64,000 bases of DNA from contig CM069153.1 in the NCBI GenBank assembly GCA_035221665.1, forward strand, positions 24,924,001 through 24,988,000. The letters are read 5' to 3'. Origin of the DNA: Okamejei kenojei. Its lineage: Eukaryota. This document shows, piece after piece, positions 1-13,218 of this stretch. The position numbers and the translations under genes were made by a program. The notes under the pieces were generated by a model. That model saw nothing but the letters and a program-made list of their open reading frames with translations, made no database searches and was not told where the DNA came from. Each line of letters opens with the position of its first letter. Position 1 is the first letter of the stretch.

Positions 1-261
1 TATTAAAGTATTTGATTTGAATATGTGATTTTGAGTATGACAAGTTAGCTGCTGTTATTAAATTGCAGCTCTTGCTAATTGTTCTTGATTTTGGCCAGGA
101 TTCACAAAGTTTCAGTATGTGAATTAAAGTTGTATGAGAACAAGTTGATGCAAATAAATTGGTTTGCAGTGTTTTTTAATTTCTTGTCTGAAATTGCATT
201 GTGCAGTATTTTTTTACTAGCAGTAAATTACTTCTTAGATTTTTCCTTTGTTTTATTCCAG

Positions 262-2898
262 ATATAAGCCACAGTGGTTTGGGAAATCATTATGAAAATT
301 CCCACTGGGGTCAACCCCCCTTTAGAAGTGAACCAAACAGCATCTGGGAAAAAGTGATAATAGACGGGAGTGACAAAGAGGCTTGGCCTTCCATTTCTGG
401 AAACGAGACTGAAACTGCCTCAGAATGCACAGACACTGACTCTGCCTCAACCTGTGGCTCTGATACTAGTAGCATGGCTACAGGGAGTGCAGCAGGCAAC
501 TTCAATGGACAAAATAAAAATTGCAATAACACTGGTAATGGGGCACTTGTCCAAAGCAGTTCAAACCAGAGTGCCATTGGAGGTGGAGCAAATGGTGGAA
601 ATGGAAATTCGTCCAGGGTGTGGGCTGTTGCCTCAGGTTCTGCACCTGGAATAGGTCACTGCTCTGCTACCAGTGCAAGTGGAAAGATGGACAGCATTGT
701 GAGTGTAAATCCAAACTGTTGGGGCACTTCTACATCCACTGCTGGCATTAACCTGAATCTTAATCCCAATGCCAACCCAGCTGCTTGGCCCGTAGTTGGG
801 CAAGAAATTCAAGGAACCGTAGGAGGAGGAAATGCTTCAACTGTTTGCAGTTCCAGTAATTCCATTGATCAGAATCTTGGTAATCCCAATAATGGTCCGA
901 CAGGTACATTGAATACCTGGGGAAATTTGCTGCAGCAGGAAAGCACAGAAATACAAACATCCACTTCACAGAATGTGTCTTTCAGCATACAACCTCAGAA
1001 CCTTAACACTGATGGACCAAATAACACTAACCCCATAAACTCTTCACCAAACCCTATCAATGCAATGCAAACAAACGGACTGCCTAATGTTTCTGTACCA
1101 GGAGGCTGGGCAATGACTGTAAGCATGGGTGCAATAAACCCATCCCATCTTCAAAACCTTCCTGGTGCTAGTGGGTCACCTGCAGTTTCTCAGCTCAATG
1201 GAGGTAACAGTGAAGGAATGAACAATCCTTCATGTAACTCTGTGTGGGGAGTGCCACACACTAATCCTACAGCCACCAATGGTAACTCTGGATTTAGTCA
1301 GGGGAATGGAGACACTGTGAATTCCGCGTTAAGTTTAAGTGCTAAGCAAACATTAGCAAACAATTCTAATAGTGCTGTAGAAAAGGATGTTGGAAGCAAT
1401 GCTTGGGACTCTGGCCCTCCTACCAGTCCTGGGGTACTGCCTTGGACAAGGGCTGGTACCATTGGGGGCTTGCACTCTGGTCCCAGTAACAATGGAGCTT
1501 GGGGTAACACAACATCCAACAGGAACACCAACAACAGTGTAAATGGAGAATGGGGAAAACCCTCAAACCAGCATTCCACTCATGAAGCGAATGGTAATGG
1601 AAAAGGATCGTGTACATGGGAGGCCCTTTGTGTTAGTAGCCAAGCTCCTGTTCTGCAGCAAAGTAATGAACAAATTAACTCTTGGGTGAAACCTTCTGAA
1701 TCGGGTACCACTGGTAGTGAGGGGAGTAATGAAAGTGGTGGTAGCCATCATGAAGGAAGCACTGGAAGAAATGGAGGAAGGCACAATGGTAGTCGGCGAA
1801 AGACTGACAAAGGAATAATTGAACAACAAGGGCTGGTCCAGACTGTTGTATTAAAACCGGATCATGACCCTAGAGTTTTATGTAATACTGGATGGGGCCA
1901 GACACCAGTAAAACAGAACATTTCTTGGCAAATTCAAGAATCTCTGAGGTCTGAGCGAAAAAGTGACATTGGAACTGAGGCTTGGGGTTCAGCTGCTGCC
2001 CAATCTTCAAACTCAGGAGGGAGAAGTGATGGGTCTAGCATGAGCAGTACTAATACCTCTACAGTATCCGGGTGGGGAAATCATCCACCAACAGTCATGT
2101 CCAATAGTACAGGTTGGGGAGACAAAGTACCTAATGGTCAAGGGGGATGGGGGGATTCTGCAAATTCAAATGCTGCTGCTGCCACAGCCAAAAGTGGCCA
2201 TGCCTGGAGTGGGGTTTCTGGTCAGGAGGAAAAGCCGCCCACTTGGGTAGACTCTCAGAAACCTAAGCCTCAGAATTGGGGTGAAGGACAGAAAAGTAAT
2301 CAAGGCTGGGCATCAGGAGGTGGAGTCGTAGGGGGTGGTAGTGGAGGAGGGGATTGGACTGATTCTGCTACAGGATCGTTAGCTGAGGCAAAGAAAAATG
2401 GGTCTGGTTGGGAAAATGAAAATAACAGATCTGCACCTAATTGGAGTGAGACCACCAGATCACAGTCTAGTGGATGGAGTAATGGTAGTACCAGCAAGCC
2501 AAACCCAAGTACGGGCTGGGGAGAGCCTTTAAAGTCAAATGTACCACCGAACTGGGGAAATAAACCTCAGGATAATAATGTTAATACCTGGGGAGGGTCT
2601 GCTGCTATAAAACAGTCTAATTCGGGTTGGATTGGTGGACCCATGTCTACAAAACAGAAGGACAGTGAATCCACTGGCTGGGAAGAGCCTTCTCCACCAT
2701 CTATTCGCCGCAAAATAGAGATAGACGATGGTACCTCAGCTTGGGGAGACCCAACCAATTACAAGAAAACAGTAAACATGTGGGATAGAAACAATCCTGT
2801 GAATCAAAGCAGTAACAATACCATGACTGAACAGCAACAACCACCTCCGCCTCATCAGTCATCTGCCACACAAAACCGCTCGCCGCTGCTTGCTCCTG
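262..2898 (+). CDS. TNRC6C: TNRC6C exon: large GW/WG-repeat Argonaute-binding region (2637 nt, phase 1-1)
   Basis: Acceptor ttttattccAG|ATATA, donor CCTG|GTAAGA. Lies in ORF 201..2936. Many GW/WG dipeptides and the motif TGWEEPSPPSIRRKIEIDDGTSAWGDP. Confidence 0.95.
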
Positions 2899-3344
2899 GT
2901 AAGAATCATTATTGTTTTAATGCTCAAGTTTTGTAACCAGAGGATTGTGTTAATATATGTGTGAGAAAGTAATACACGTAAGATCTGGAAATTTGACTGA
3001 AATGCACGATGTAATATGAAAGAGAAATGCAGATGCTGTTCAATAATATTAGATTGTTAGTCTTGAGGAGTACCCATTTTTGTCTCTTTTATTCAAACCT
3101 TCTGCCATTCGGTAAGATTATGGCTGATCATCTGACTGCATGAATTTCCTGTATTTATCTGATATTTTTTAATTCCCTTAATCCCAAAATTAATCTAATT
3201 CTGCCTTATCTACTTGGTGATCGATTCTCTAAAACCCTTTTGGATAGAGAATCCCAATGATTTGCTGCCTTTGGGTGAAGAATTTCTCGATTCAGACCTG
3301 CATGCCTAACCCATTATTTTAAGACTGACCAGCTCTCCCCCTCC

Positions 3345-3646
3345 CAGTGCCATCCTTATAGGTCATTGCAGGTCGAATATGTTGAAAATGTTGCAGGTTG
3401 AATATGTTGAAAATCCATCGGCGACCAGAACAAGGAACGACTCTTTGGGCGACTACTCACGATCATACAGGCTTCACCGAGCGGCATGTCACTGGGGTAT
3501 CGCCTTTATGGTCGTGAGTAGTCTCCTCAGTCTCCCAAAGAGTCGTAGCGTGTTTCTGGTCGCTGGTGAATTTTCAACATGTTGAAAATTTTCGTCGACC
3601 TGCAACGACCTATGACGGGTGCCGGCAGTCGCCGAAAAAGTTGCCA
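3345..3646. mobile_element. Palindromic non-autonomous DNA-transposon-like element (MITE), left end truncated
   Basis: 3358-3472 is an imperfect reverse complement of 3502-3614 (ATAGGTCATTGCAGGTCGA / TCGACCTGCAACGACCTAT). CpG-rich within an AT-rich intron. Confidence 0.7.
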
Positions 3647-6600
3647 TTAATCCACTAAATCTCCTTGCCTCACCCACCATCTTCTCAGGAACTGTTTGTT
3701 GACCTTTCATTCCCTCTGGTAGAAGTTTATTCTCCTTTGGGGAAATCTGACCTGCGCACAACATTCCTGATGTGGCTTTACCAGGGCCCTGTGTGATTGT
3801 GGGGGAAATAAATGTCTTTACTCTCGTATCCAAATCCTTGCATTTCTATGTGCTATTTCCCATCTACCACATTTTTTTTGCTCATTTATTGGTGTGTCTG
3901 TTTTACCTTGACGCTGGTTTGCTGCATTCCCAAGCTTACTGCTGCCCAGCTTTCATTAATGATTTGTTGCTTTAACATTAATGGATCTGTACAACAGCAG
4001 CTCTGTTCATTTCTTTCTACACAAGCTCTTCATGAGTATTTACAACATTTTCATTTCTGATTTTCAACCCACCTGCAGGATTTTGCAATTGTTCTGCATA
4101 TTGGCATTATGTGGCACAAAAGCAAAATACTACACCCCATTGTGTCCTGTTTTTTTATCTTAAACAACAGAAATACAAGAGATCTTCTGACAGTGAATAT
4201 GTCAAATAGCATTCAGAAATGGGAAAAGATTCATGCTTGATAGTAATTCAGCCCAAAATATAACTGCATTCTGATCTTAGAATGTCTCGGTGAATATCAA
4301 ATCAGCCAGATGAAGTGTCGGCCTGACCCGACGCTCCACCTATCCGTGTTGGCCAGAGATGCTGCCTGACCCGATGTGTCATTCTAGCACTTTGTCATTT
4401 TTTAATCAAATCTGCCATGATTCCAATTCAAATATCAAATTTATAAAGGGACATCTTCAAAATCAGAGAGAAAATAGTTCACCCTTGTACCATCTAATTG
4501 TGCTGCCATCGAAAATAGCAATAGTATTCTAAGTGTTTCTACTGATTTTTTTTTTTTTTTTGTTTATTCTTGACTGATTAATTTTTTAAGTTTTCTTGAA
4601 GGCATTTAATTTGGTTAACTTTAAACTTCTGTAGCGATTGTAGGATTGAAAGAATAGATATTATAGAATGTTTTATTATAGAATGAAATAACGGTGTCAA
4701 AGTTAGAGAAAGACAATGAAGCAGAATTAGGGGACAAATATTACAAATGTTTTAAACCATTTTGTAAATTCTAAATTAAGATTCTAAATTAAGATTGACA
4801 TAGCGTAGATCACCCTTCTCTGAGTAGTGGAATGTATCTGTTCGAAGCTGTTTTACATTATTTTCTTTTCTTTCAAAGTGCATATTTATCCCAGAAAATA
4901 TACTTTGAAGAATGGTGCACTTAAGTGAAGTTGATAGCTCGATAATATTGCATTTTTGGGAGAAAATGCTGGGAAATTCTGTACCATTCCTAGTGTGTTT
5001 GAATGATAGATATTTGGAAGAATTTATTTTTATAGTTAATATTCACATTAAGACAGATGTCTTGTGCATTATGTTGTTATTTCTCAAATATATTGAGTGT
5101 ATTAATGTAGCATGGAAGGTTGCATTATCAATTCCAAAGTGTTAGTCCCTTACATTTTATTTTTAAGTGAAAAGATTGTTGGCCTTAAATGAGGGGAAAA
5201 AAATCATTTTCAACCTATGTAATTTATTGTTAAAATAGAATTCCAGTAACAAAATTCAATTGCAATAATTAGTGGTTTAATGACTAATTTTTAATGCTTA
5301 CTGTCTATGATTAACAAGTAACTTGTTTAATGATAACTATTTGCATATCATTTGCTCAATTAGTGCTGAATACTTAGCACTTGGATTTGCATGCACTTAC
5401 ACCAATTAGGCTTGTACATTTATTACCAATTCTGAAAAGAGCATCGTTAATGAGAAGAGGTCTACATCATCTTTTCTCTTATGAATGTAACACTTTATTA
5501 AAAAATGGTTTACTTTTATCAATTTATGCAAGACACAGGCAATATGATAATATGGGGAATCTAGCTACATTTCAAGAAGTTATTTTGATATATCATTGGA
5601 CAATATTGAGTGTTTATTAAATAATGGAATTGCTTTGCACGTCATCAAGATATAATAAATTAACCAAATAATGAGCAAGTTCTAAAATATATCCACGATT
5701 TCTGCACGAAATGACTACCATGTTAACAAAAAATAGCCCGGCAAATGATGGTGCTATGATTATTTTATTTTAATTGCAATCGTTCATTGCAGAGATAAAC
5801 TATGTTTATTGCCGTTTCTGAACTTGCTTAAAGTTAATATAAATATCCATGTGACCATTTTGTATAAAGGGCAAAAGTAAAGATCTGAATTGGGGAACAT
5901 CACTGAGAAATCATATTTTTTGTTGTGCACAGTTAGTTTAAATAAATGATGGGTGGCCTTGTGAAAACACACTATTTCCTTTTTGGATAATAATGAGACA
6001 TGACATCTTTAAATGTCAGCATTTGAATGTACATTTGCTCACTTTATTACAAGTGTTTCTTTCTGTTAATTATTGTTGGTCGAAATTACAATGAAATCAT
6101 ATACTAAAAGTTAAATAGAGACTTGAATTTGACTGATTTCAAGGAATGTGTATTCCTGATGCACATTATGTTAGTTTGTGCATATCTATACTGCATAAAT
6201 GCAAGTGTTGTACCATGTTCTTTAAAATAAGTTCCATTGAAATTGAAGCATGTGCCACAGCAATTGTCATTTGAAAGACATAACAGGTTGCAATAATATA
6301 AAATTGCAACTTAATTGTGATAGTAAATTGGCATGTTCAAGAAATGGCAAAGGGTTCATTAAATACAAAAGGAAAGGAACGACTAATTCTTGATAGAATA
6401 AAAACTACGAAACAATACTGAGATGAGCATGTCGGACAATATAAGATGAGGCAAAAAAAGCTATTTGCATAAACAATCCAACATGGGAAATTCACACGTT
6501 TGGATACATTGTTTGTCCCTTGTGGTCGCCTTCTTGAACGTACAATGGTAAGGTATTCATGTTTCTGTTAAATTTAAATATCTGTGGCAATTTCTTCACA

Positions 6601-6759
6601 AATCAAGATGTTTAACTTGGGAATCTGAGAGAAGATTAGATTTCGAAATCTTCTATCGTCTTTGAATCTGAACTTTGTGGTCCGTATGTTGTCATTCTGC
6701 CTTGTGCAAAAATTTAGAATGTGGTGCAGCTGCAGAAAATAATTGAACTAATACACTAA

Positions 6760-7190
6760 AAAGGGAAATCAGGAGGGCAGTAAAGGGGACATGTGGTAGC
6801 TCTGGCAGATAGGTAAAGGTGAATGCTGGTAGGTTGTAAAGGAATATTAGGAGCAAGAAGGATAACCAGGGAGGAAATAGATATGCTTAAGGATCGATGT
6901 GGCTGTCTATCGAAACAGCCGCCGGAAATGGGTGAGGTCCTAAGCAGCAAGGTCTGGAGGGCTTGTATTAAAAGAGAGACTGGGTAGGCTGGGATTGTTT
7001 CCCCTGGAACGAAGGAAGTTGAGGGGAGTCCTCTTGGAGGTTTATAAAATCATGAAGGATGTTGGTAAGATAAATGGCCGTAGTCTCTTTACCAGGATGG
7101 GGGTATCTAAACCAGAGGATATAGGTTTAAGGTGAGAGTGGAAATACTTAACAGGGACCAAAAGAGTGGTGGGTATAAGAAATGAGCTCT
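6760..7190 (+). mobile_element. Degraded, internally deleted CR1-type LINE fragment
   Basis: Decayed KREIRRA.../EMGEVL ORF2 linker joined to 3'-end sequence (GGAGGTTTATAAAATCATG, AGGTTTAAGGTGAGAG). Confidence 0.6.
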
Positions 7191-7702
7191 TGATTTCTAG
7201 GAATCTTACCCAATCATTTTTTGTCAATGCCATTTTCGCCCTATGGTTGTCTTTCTATGTTAATTGCATCTGTTGGAAATAACATGAATAATTACAGTTG
7301 TTACTTAAGACAGCTGACAGATTAACTTCAGATGCAGTCTTAACTGGGCCAGGTTATTTCAGGGTAACAAACAATGAAAAAGCAAGAGGAACTTTATATC
7401 TGACTATTCATGGGGCAGATTGGAAAGGATGTAAAAAGGAACAGTGGAAGCAAAAATTCTTCTGAAATTGGGCTTTCATCTTTGTCACCTACCATTCTAT
7501 ATCTGTAGCTATGTTAACAACTAGACCATTATCGTGTTTAAGGTTAATATTCAATTTGTATGGTGAGGGTTGTTAGTGATATGTCAAATATATTAGCTAC
7601 AATGCACTAATTATAATTACAAGAATATTAATCAAATGAGAACATTTGTGCAATGCAGAGTTTGTTCATATTCATTAGGTAAAGAGCTTAATGTTTTCAC
7701 AG

Positions 7703-7909
7703 GTTGGGGAGAAGCACTCAGTGTTCCTGCAAAAACGGAGAACTCTTGGGGTGAGCCACCTTCTCCATCGACTGCAGTCGATAATGGGACTTCAGCATGG
7801 GGCAAACCTCCCAATGGCAGTTCAGGATGGGGAGATAATACTGTGGAATTAACGGGGAACTTTGGAAGAGGGAATGCTCCCGCTGCTGCCCCGGCAATGT
7901 GCAAACCAG
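7703..7909 (+). CDS. TNRC6C: TNRC6C exon: second Ago-binding motif (NSWGEPPSPSTAVDNGTSAWGKP)
   Basis: ttttcacAG|GTTGG ... CCAG|GTAACA; 207 nt, phase 1-1. Confidence 0.93.
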
Positions 7910-9149
7910 GTAACAAAATTGGAGCAAGATTATTTTTCTGCAAGCTGCTCAGACTAGACAGATGCTGAATGCTTTGTACTAACTTAATCCTTCACCAGGA
8001 TAAAGCTCCTCTTGAAATAGGGTGCATTTTGGTGAGGCTTCTCGATCAAGTTGATGGGTTTAGATACCCATTGTAATAATTTGTGAATTGAATATTGCAA
8101 AAGGGTATGAAATGTATTTTATGTACTGAAATCTATATCATGGCTATGTATTATACATACTTGTAGAAGAAAGTATTTTAAAGTTTGTAAGTTGCTAATT
8201 GTATCGAAAACATCAAAGTGCAACTATTACCTTGAATTAACAAGATTCATATAAGGCCCATTGTTCTCGGAGGTTTTTTTTTGCCTGAATCTGAAGAGTT
8301 GATGAAACAGCCATTCTTCAGATATCTTTCCACCCTGGTTGGCAAGTGACAATTTTGTAATCTTTCATTAATGTTGTGCAGACTTCATCTTTAGTATTAA
8401 GAAAGAAGGCTAAATGAATGTTGTGAAAATAAAGTTGCATGGTTATGATCAACTAGATTTGTGCGAGACATGTTCGGATCAGTATTAATAATGATAAATG
8501 AGATATTAAATGCATTAGTATAACATTTTTTTTTCTAAAGGCAAGTGTAAATGTTTTTCATAGTGTGTTGACATATTTATTGAGATCTTCATTATTTAGC
8601 GGTTATATTTCAATTATTTGGCAATTCATTTTTCCTAAGATCCTAAATTTTGTCTCCATTATGCCCTGAATTTTTCTCGATAGTGGGTAGATACTTGGGC
8701 TCCAAGTGAAGCTGTGCTAATGAACATGTTGAAATAAAAATATTTTATGACAAGCTGTAATTAATCAGTGGTGATCAATAGTTTTTAATTCATTTGTTTC
8801 CAAATTCCTGAAATATTGCAATGTAATTGCTAACCAAACTCAGTGAAAAACATGTACAAAATAAAATTATATGTTAATGAGCCCTGGATATAATTGCAAA
8901 GGATTTCATTCTCTCTGGATATGCATGTCGTGATGTTGATGAGTCTACTTTTTTTTTCACTATTCCATTTTAAATGATCACCAACACTTTCTGATGATTT
9001 ATCTTGAATGGTGATTATTATATTTCTACCATCTTCCCTTTCATGTCTTCTCCAAATCCATGTCCATGATAATATTTCCTATTCTCTTGAAATAATTTAC
9101 ATTGAATTTTAAGTCCAAATCCTGTTCCTTGTTATGTTATTAAAGGTTC

Positions 9150-9480
9150 TCTTCTTGATAATGATTGCCCCAACTTTTTAACCTCTGCCTCTTTTTCCCA
9201 ACTCCACTAAACTTTTCCAAATTGGTCATCATCACTTCTCTCTTCAAAAAAACACTTGCATCTTGCCAACATCTTCACTCTTCGGAGTTCTCAAATGGTT
9301 AGTTTCCCAAATTCATGTCCACTTTACCTGGAACATGGTGTGATGCCTGCAGTTAGGTTTCTGCCCAATCACACAAACAAAGTTTATTTACTCAGTTATG
9401 ATTGACGTCCTGTTTGAATTTGACCCGATTATCAATCCCCACTCCTCAACGTTTCGACTTCCTCTGTATGTCTTATCACA
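9150..9480 (+). mobile_element. Ancient L2-like LINE ORF2 remnant
   Basis: Decayed match to the IITPLLKK..LAN..SQI..QSGF.P.H RT N-terminal motifs; frameshifted. Confidence 0.4.
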
Positions 9481-9489
9481 TGCACAAGC

Positions 9490-9672
9490 CGTTTGGGGGA
9501 AAAGTGTAATGCTGAGAACTGTATTGTACACTCTGTGCTTTTCCCTTTGCTCTGCCTAGTGCACTTAAATTAAGCTTGATTATACTTTATTATCTGATCT
9601 GATTGGATAGCATGTAAAACAAAGCTTCCCACTCTACCTTGGTACATCTGGCAATAATAAACCTAATCCTAA
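9490..9672 (+). mobile_element. Rex1-type LINE 3'UTR/tail fragment
   Basis: ATCTGATTGGATAGCATG..AAAGCTT..CACT..ACCTTGGTACA...AATAAACCTAA, similar to the tail at 16800-16953. Confidence 0.45.
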
Positions 9673-10062
9673 AGGCTAGATTCACATTTTACAAAATTTA
9701 CATGCAAAAAGTAAAATGTCATAAAATTTACAAATTATTCTGCAAATTCTGCTGCATTCCCACATCTACAGCTTGAACAATTTGGCTCTTACCCACAATG
9801 TTATAAATAGTCTTTGAAAATGTATATAAGAATATATATTACTTGAATTACCAGAATTCGGAGGGCCAATGAGAGATGGTCATTTTTGAATGTATATGGA
9901 GTACATGCCCACAAGAAATATGCAAAGTTAAATGTTGATCTCGCTTTGAACTCTGAATATTTGTTTATAAATAAGTGACAAACTTAACCATTTCCTTCTT
10001 CAAGGTTTGTTGGTGTCCTTGCATAATTTAAATGTCCTTTTTTCAAATTTATTACAATTCAG

Positions 10063-10250
10063 CTTCTAAAACTATGCAAGAAGGTTGGGTCAGCGGTGGA
10101 GATGAAATTTCCCTCAATAGTAGCCATCATTCTAACTGGGAAGAAGATGAGGGTGAAATGGGAATGTGGAATAATGTAGCTTCTCAGGAGAGCAACTCTT
10201 CCTGTAATTCATCAGGCTGGAGCAATGCTAACAAGAAAGTGCATCAGAAG
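10063..10250 (+). CDS. TNRC6C: TNRC6C exon (ASKTMQEGW...KKVHQK)
   Basis: caattcAG|CTTCT ... GAAG|GTATAT; 188 nt, phase 1-0. Confidence 0.9.
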
Positions 10251-10379
10251 GTATATCTCCCTTTTTAGTTTTGTGATTTTCCAAAAATTGACATTTTATT
10301 GTGGTGAAGGCGGGAGAGTTTGACTGCCATTGTCAATGTTTAAAAGTTTCTGATTAAGATGTTTGCTTCCTTTTTGAAG

Positions 10380-10460
10380 AGTATAAAAGCATCCAGTAAG
10401 CAAGAAGAGACTTGGCTTATGAATCGCCTGATAAAGCAATTGACTGATATGGGTTTTCCT
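10380..10460 (+). CDS. TNRC6C: TNRC6C exon: UBA-like domain part 1 (SIKASSKQEETWLMNRLIKQLTDMGFP)
   Basis: tttttgaAG|AGTATA ... TTCCT|GTAAGT; 81 nt; MGF motif typical of UBA domains; not in the ORF track. Confidence 0.9.
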
Positions 10461-10800
10461 GTAAGTACCCTTTCGTTAAATCTCATGGCTTCCATTATAA
10501 ATACATGCACAATCATGTTTTGACCATGTTGAGTTTGCAATTAGGGTTGAATCAGTTGTACGAGATTGGCTAACTGTCAGAGGGCATTGCATTCATTAGA
10601 TTTAGGATTATTAATCTGGTGTGAATCTGTCAAATTCAGTAATTGGTTCAATAGGGAATTACCAATTATTGCAGCTAAACAAGTGAAAGGTTAAATACAT
10701 GAGGGCACATTTAAAACAAGTCTGGATAGAAGTTGCCGTCAACTTTTATGCAACTGGGTACATTTTGTGGAGTACAACTTTTATGCAACTGGGTACATTT

Positions 10801-11065
10801 AGGTGCAGGAGGCCATTCGGCCCTTCAAGCCAGCACCGCCATTCATTGTGATCATGGCTGATCGTCCCATATCAATAACCCGTGCCTGCCTTCTCCCCAT
10901 ATCCCTTGACTCGACTAGCCCCAAGAGCTCTATCTAACTCTCTCTTAAATCCATCCAGTCTTGGCCTCCACTGCCCTCTGTGGCAGGGAATTCCATCAAT
11001 TCACAACTCTCTGGGTGAAAACGTTTTTTCTCACCTCAGTCTTAAATGCCCTCCCCTTTATTCTA
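10801..11065 (-). mobile_element. CR1/HER1-like LINE 3' fragment
   Basis: Near-identical to 20997-21260 (AGGTGCAGGAGGCCATTCGGCCCTTC...TTCTCCCCATATCCC). Confidence 0.85.
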
Positions 11066-11731
11066 AAGTTATTCTAGAGTTATCAGGATTTACAGCAAAA
11101 CCACTGGAATTAGTAATTTTCTGGATAAATGAAACACAAATCCTGTTCTAAAATATGTTCAAAAATGGTGTGTTCCTGTTGCTTTAAAATGTCTTGCCTT
11201 GTTCAGTTTAATGACTGGATACTCCTGATTTCATTGATTCTGAGTAAGTTGTTGAATTGAAATAAAGGCAGAAATGTGTACTCCTTTCAACTTTGGCACA
11301 ACATTGAAATCCCTTTCCTTTGATAAGTAGTATTTTATACTGCCTTTCAGTAGCTTTTTTTTTGGAAATGTATGTACTCTAGGTGCATTGGTGTGTAACG
11401 ATACTCATTCAGTTTATGTCATTCAGTGGCATGAAGTTATAGTCTTAACATATCAAAAAACAAACTTTGCATTTAAACCTGTGCATCTTCATCAGATAGA
11501 ATGACTGTTTTTGCCAGCACTGAATTCTGATATGTTGTTAACACATTCAGGACAATGTATCTTGTTAGAAATTATAGTTTGTATACAAATCAATCTTTCT
11601 GAATGCTCATCAGTTATGCAGTTGTGTATCAGCATCACATTTGTAAGAATGTTGTCCTATATAATGAAGCTATTTTGTTTTTGACATATTTAATGCAAAC
11701 AATTAAATATGTCATATATAATCATTCACAG

Positions 11732-11789
11732 AGAGAACCAGCAGAAGAGGCTCTGAAATGTAATAACCTGAATCTTGATCAGGCTATGG
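11732..11789 (+). CDS. TNRC6C: TNRC6C exon: UBA-like domain part 2 (REPAEEALKCNNLNLDQAM)
   Basis: cattcacAG|AGAGAA ... ATGG|GTAAGT; 58 nt, phase 0-1. Confidence 0.92.
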
Positions 11790-13072
11790 GTAAGTCTAAG
11801 AGATGTGGTTTTGATATTTGTTCTTAATGAGATTTCTAAGCAGTAAAAGTCATTTGACATCCTGATTTATTTTTATAATAACAAATCTTGCTGGTTTAAG
11901 GCCATGCTGATAGATATACTAATATGAACTCCAGGAAGCCTTGAATTCTGCATGTTGTACAAAGGTCCAGTGCTATATATGCCATACATGGCCATTTGGC
12001 TGGCCTTGGGGTTTCCCTATTCTTCTGGAGGAGGGGAGAAATCCTGAAGTAGACAATTCTTTTTTTTTTTTTTTAACAGTCTGGTTCAATGTCTAAAATC
12101 AATTTACCACTAGCATGGAAATGTACAAGGTTGTTTGTTTATATGAAGAACAAATGCTAACGTAAATTGATTGGGCTGAATGGCCCAAGTCCCTGCTGTG
12201 ATCGCTGCATATTTCTCATCCTCATTCATGCTTTGTAAAATCCTACAGTTTTCTTTGGTTGAAGTACATCACCATCCAATAATTTAAGAGCTTCTCTTTA
12301 CTTGCCCTTTCTCCGAAAAGCAAAATTACAAAATGACCTTGCTGAGCTTGGCCAGCTACTGTATCCCTGCAAAAGTATGAACATGCAGCATAGAGTGGAG
12401 CTTGGGCTATAGAGAAACTATAATTTAAAAAGTGGTCTTTGTAGGCTTGGCTTCCTGTGCGACACACTATTTCCATCCCATTTATTTTTTCTTGTTAGCA
12501 CTCCGACTCGTAAACCCAGCTTGCCTGCAGCTTTTGAATACACTGAAACACTAGTAGATTTCATTTGAAGCACTTGGCATTTCCTGCTCTACCATCATCC
12601 CATGTCATTTGCTATAGCAAGCCATTTATGAATCCAGAATTATTCCACATCTCTTGTTCTAGCTACTATCTGTCAAATAGTTACTCCTAGTCATATGGGT
12701 CCATTTTCACTTTACTCTCAATATAGAGCAATAAAATACCTATTAATCCTTTATCATAATCTTTGTAATAGATTTGTGGGGGTTTGTATTCCTTTCCTCT
12801 CACTTTTTCATTTTGGGAGATTTTTGATCATTGTCCTCAAGCCCAACAGTGAAATGGCATTCATTAGTACGTTATTGTATAGTGGATTGTTTCGATCTGT
12901 TTTCATTCAAGTGCTTCTCAGCATGTGACCATTCATAGCATGTTGTATGTAAATACTCTTGCACTTCACCTGCACTCACTAGCCTGTGTCTTTAGTTGAA
13001 GTTAATGTTTGTCTTCTGTTTTTTCCTTTTTCTTTTTTGTTTTGTGTTAAGATGGATTTTCCCCTTTTCCAG

Positions 13073-13218
13073 GTGCTCTGTTGGAAAAGAAAGTGGAGAT
13101 GGACAAACGTGGAATGGGAATGTCAGATTACAATGGAATCGTTTCTAAACCACTTGGCTGCCGACCACCTTCTATCTCCAAAGAGTCTTCCGTGGATCGC
13201 CCCACCTTTTTTGACAAG
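13073..13218 (+). CDS. TNRC6C: TNRC6C exon (GALLEKKVEMDKRG...SVDRPTFFDK)
   Basis: ccttttccAG|GTGCT ... CAAG|GTTTGT; 146 nt, phase 1-0. Confidence 0.92.

Noticed and set aside
201-261. ORF-track start of the 911-aa ORF (MQYFFTSS...) and its tail KNHYCFNAQVL
   Set aside because: Both ends are intronic: a polypyrimidine tract and AG end at 261, and a GT donor starts at 2899. It is an exon, not a single-exon gene.
10740-10801. Direct repeat CAACTTTTATGCAACTGGGTACATTT x2 with a short spacer (CRISPR-like look)
   Set aside because: Only two units in a vertebrate intron next to a CR1 end; a local duplication.
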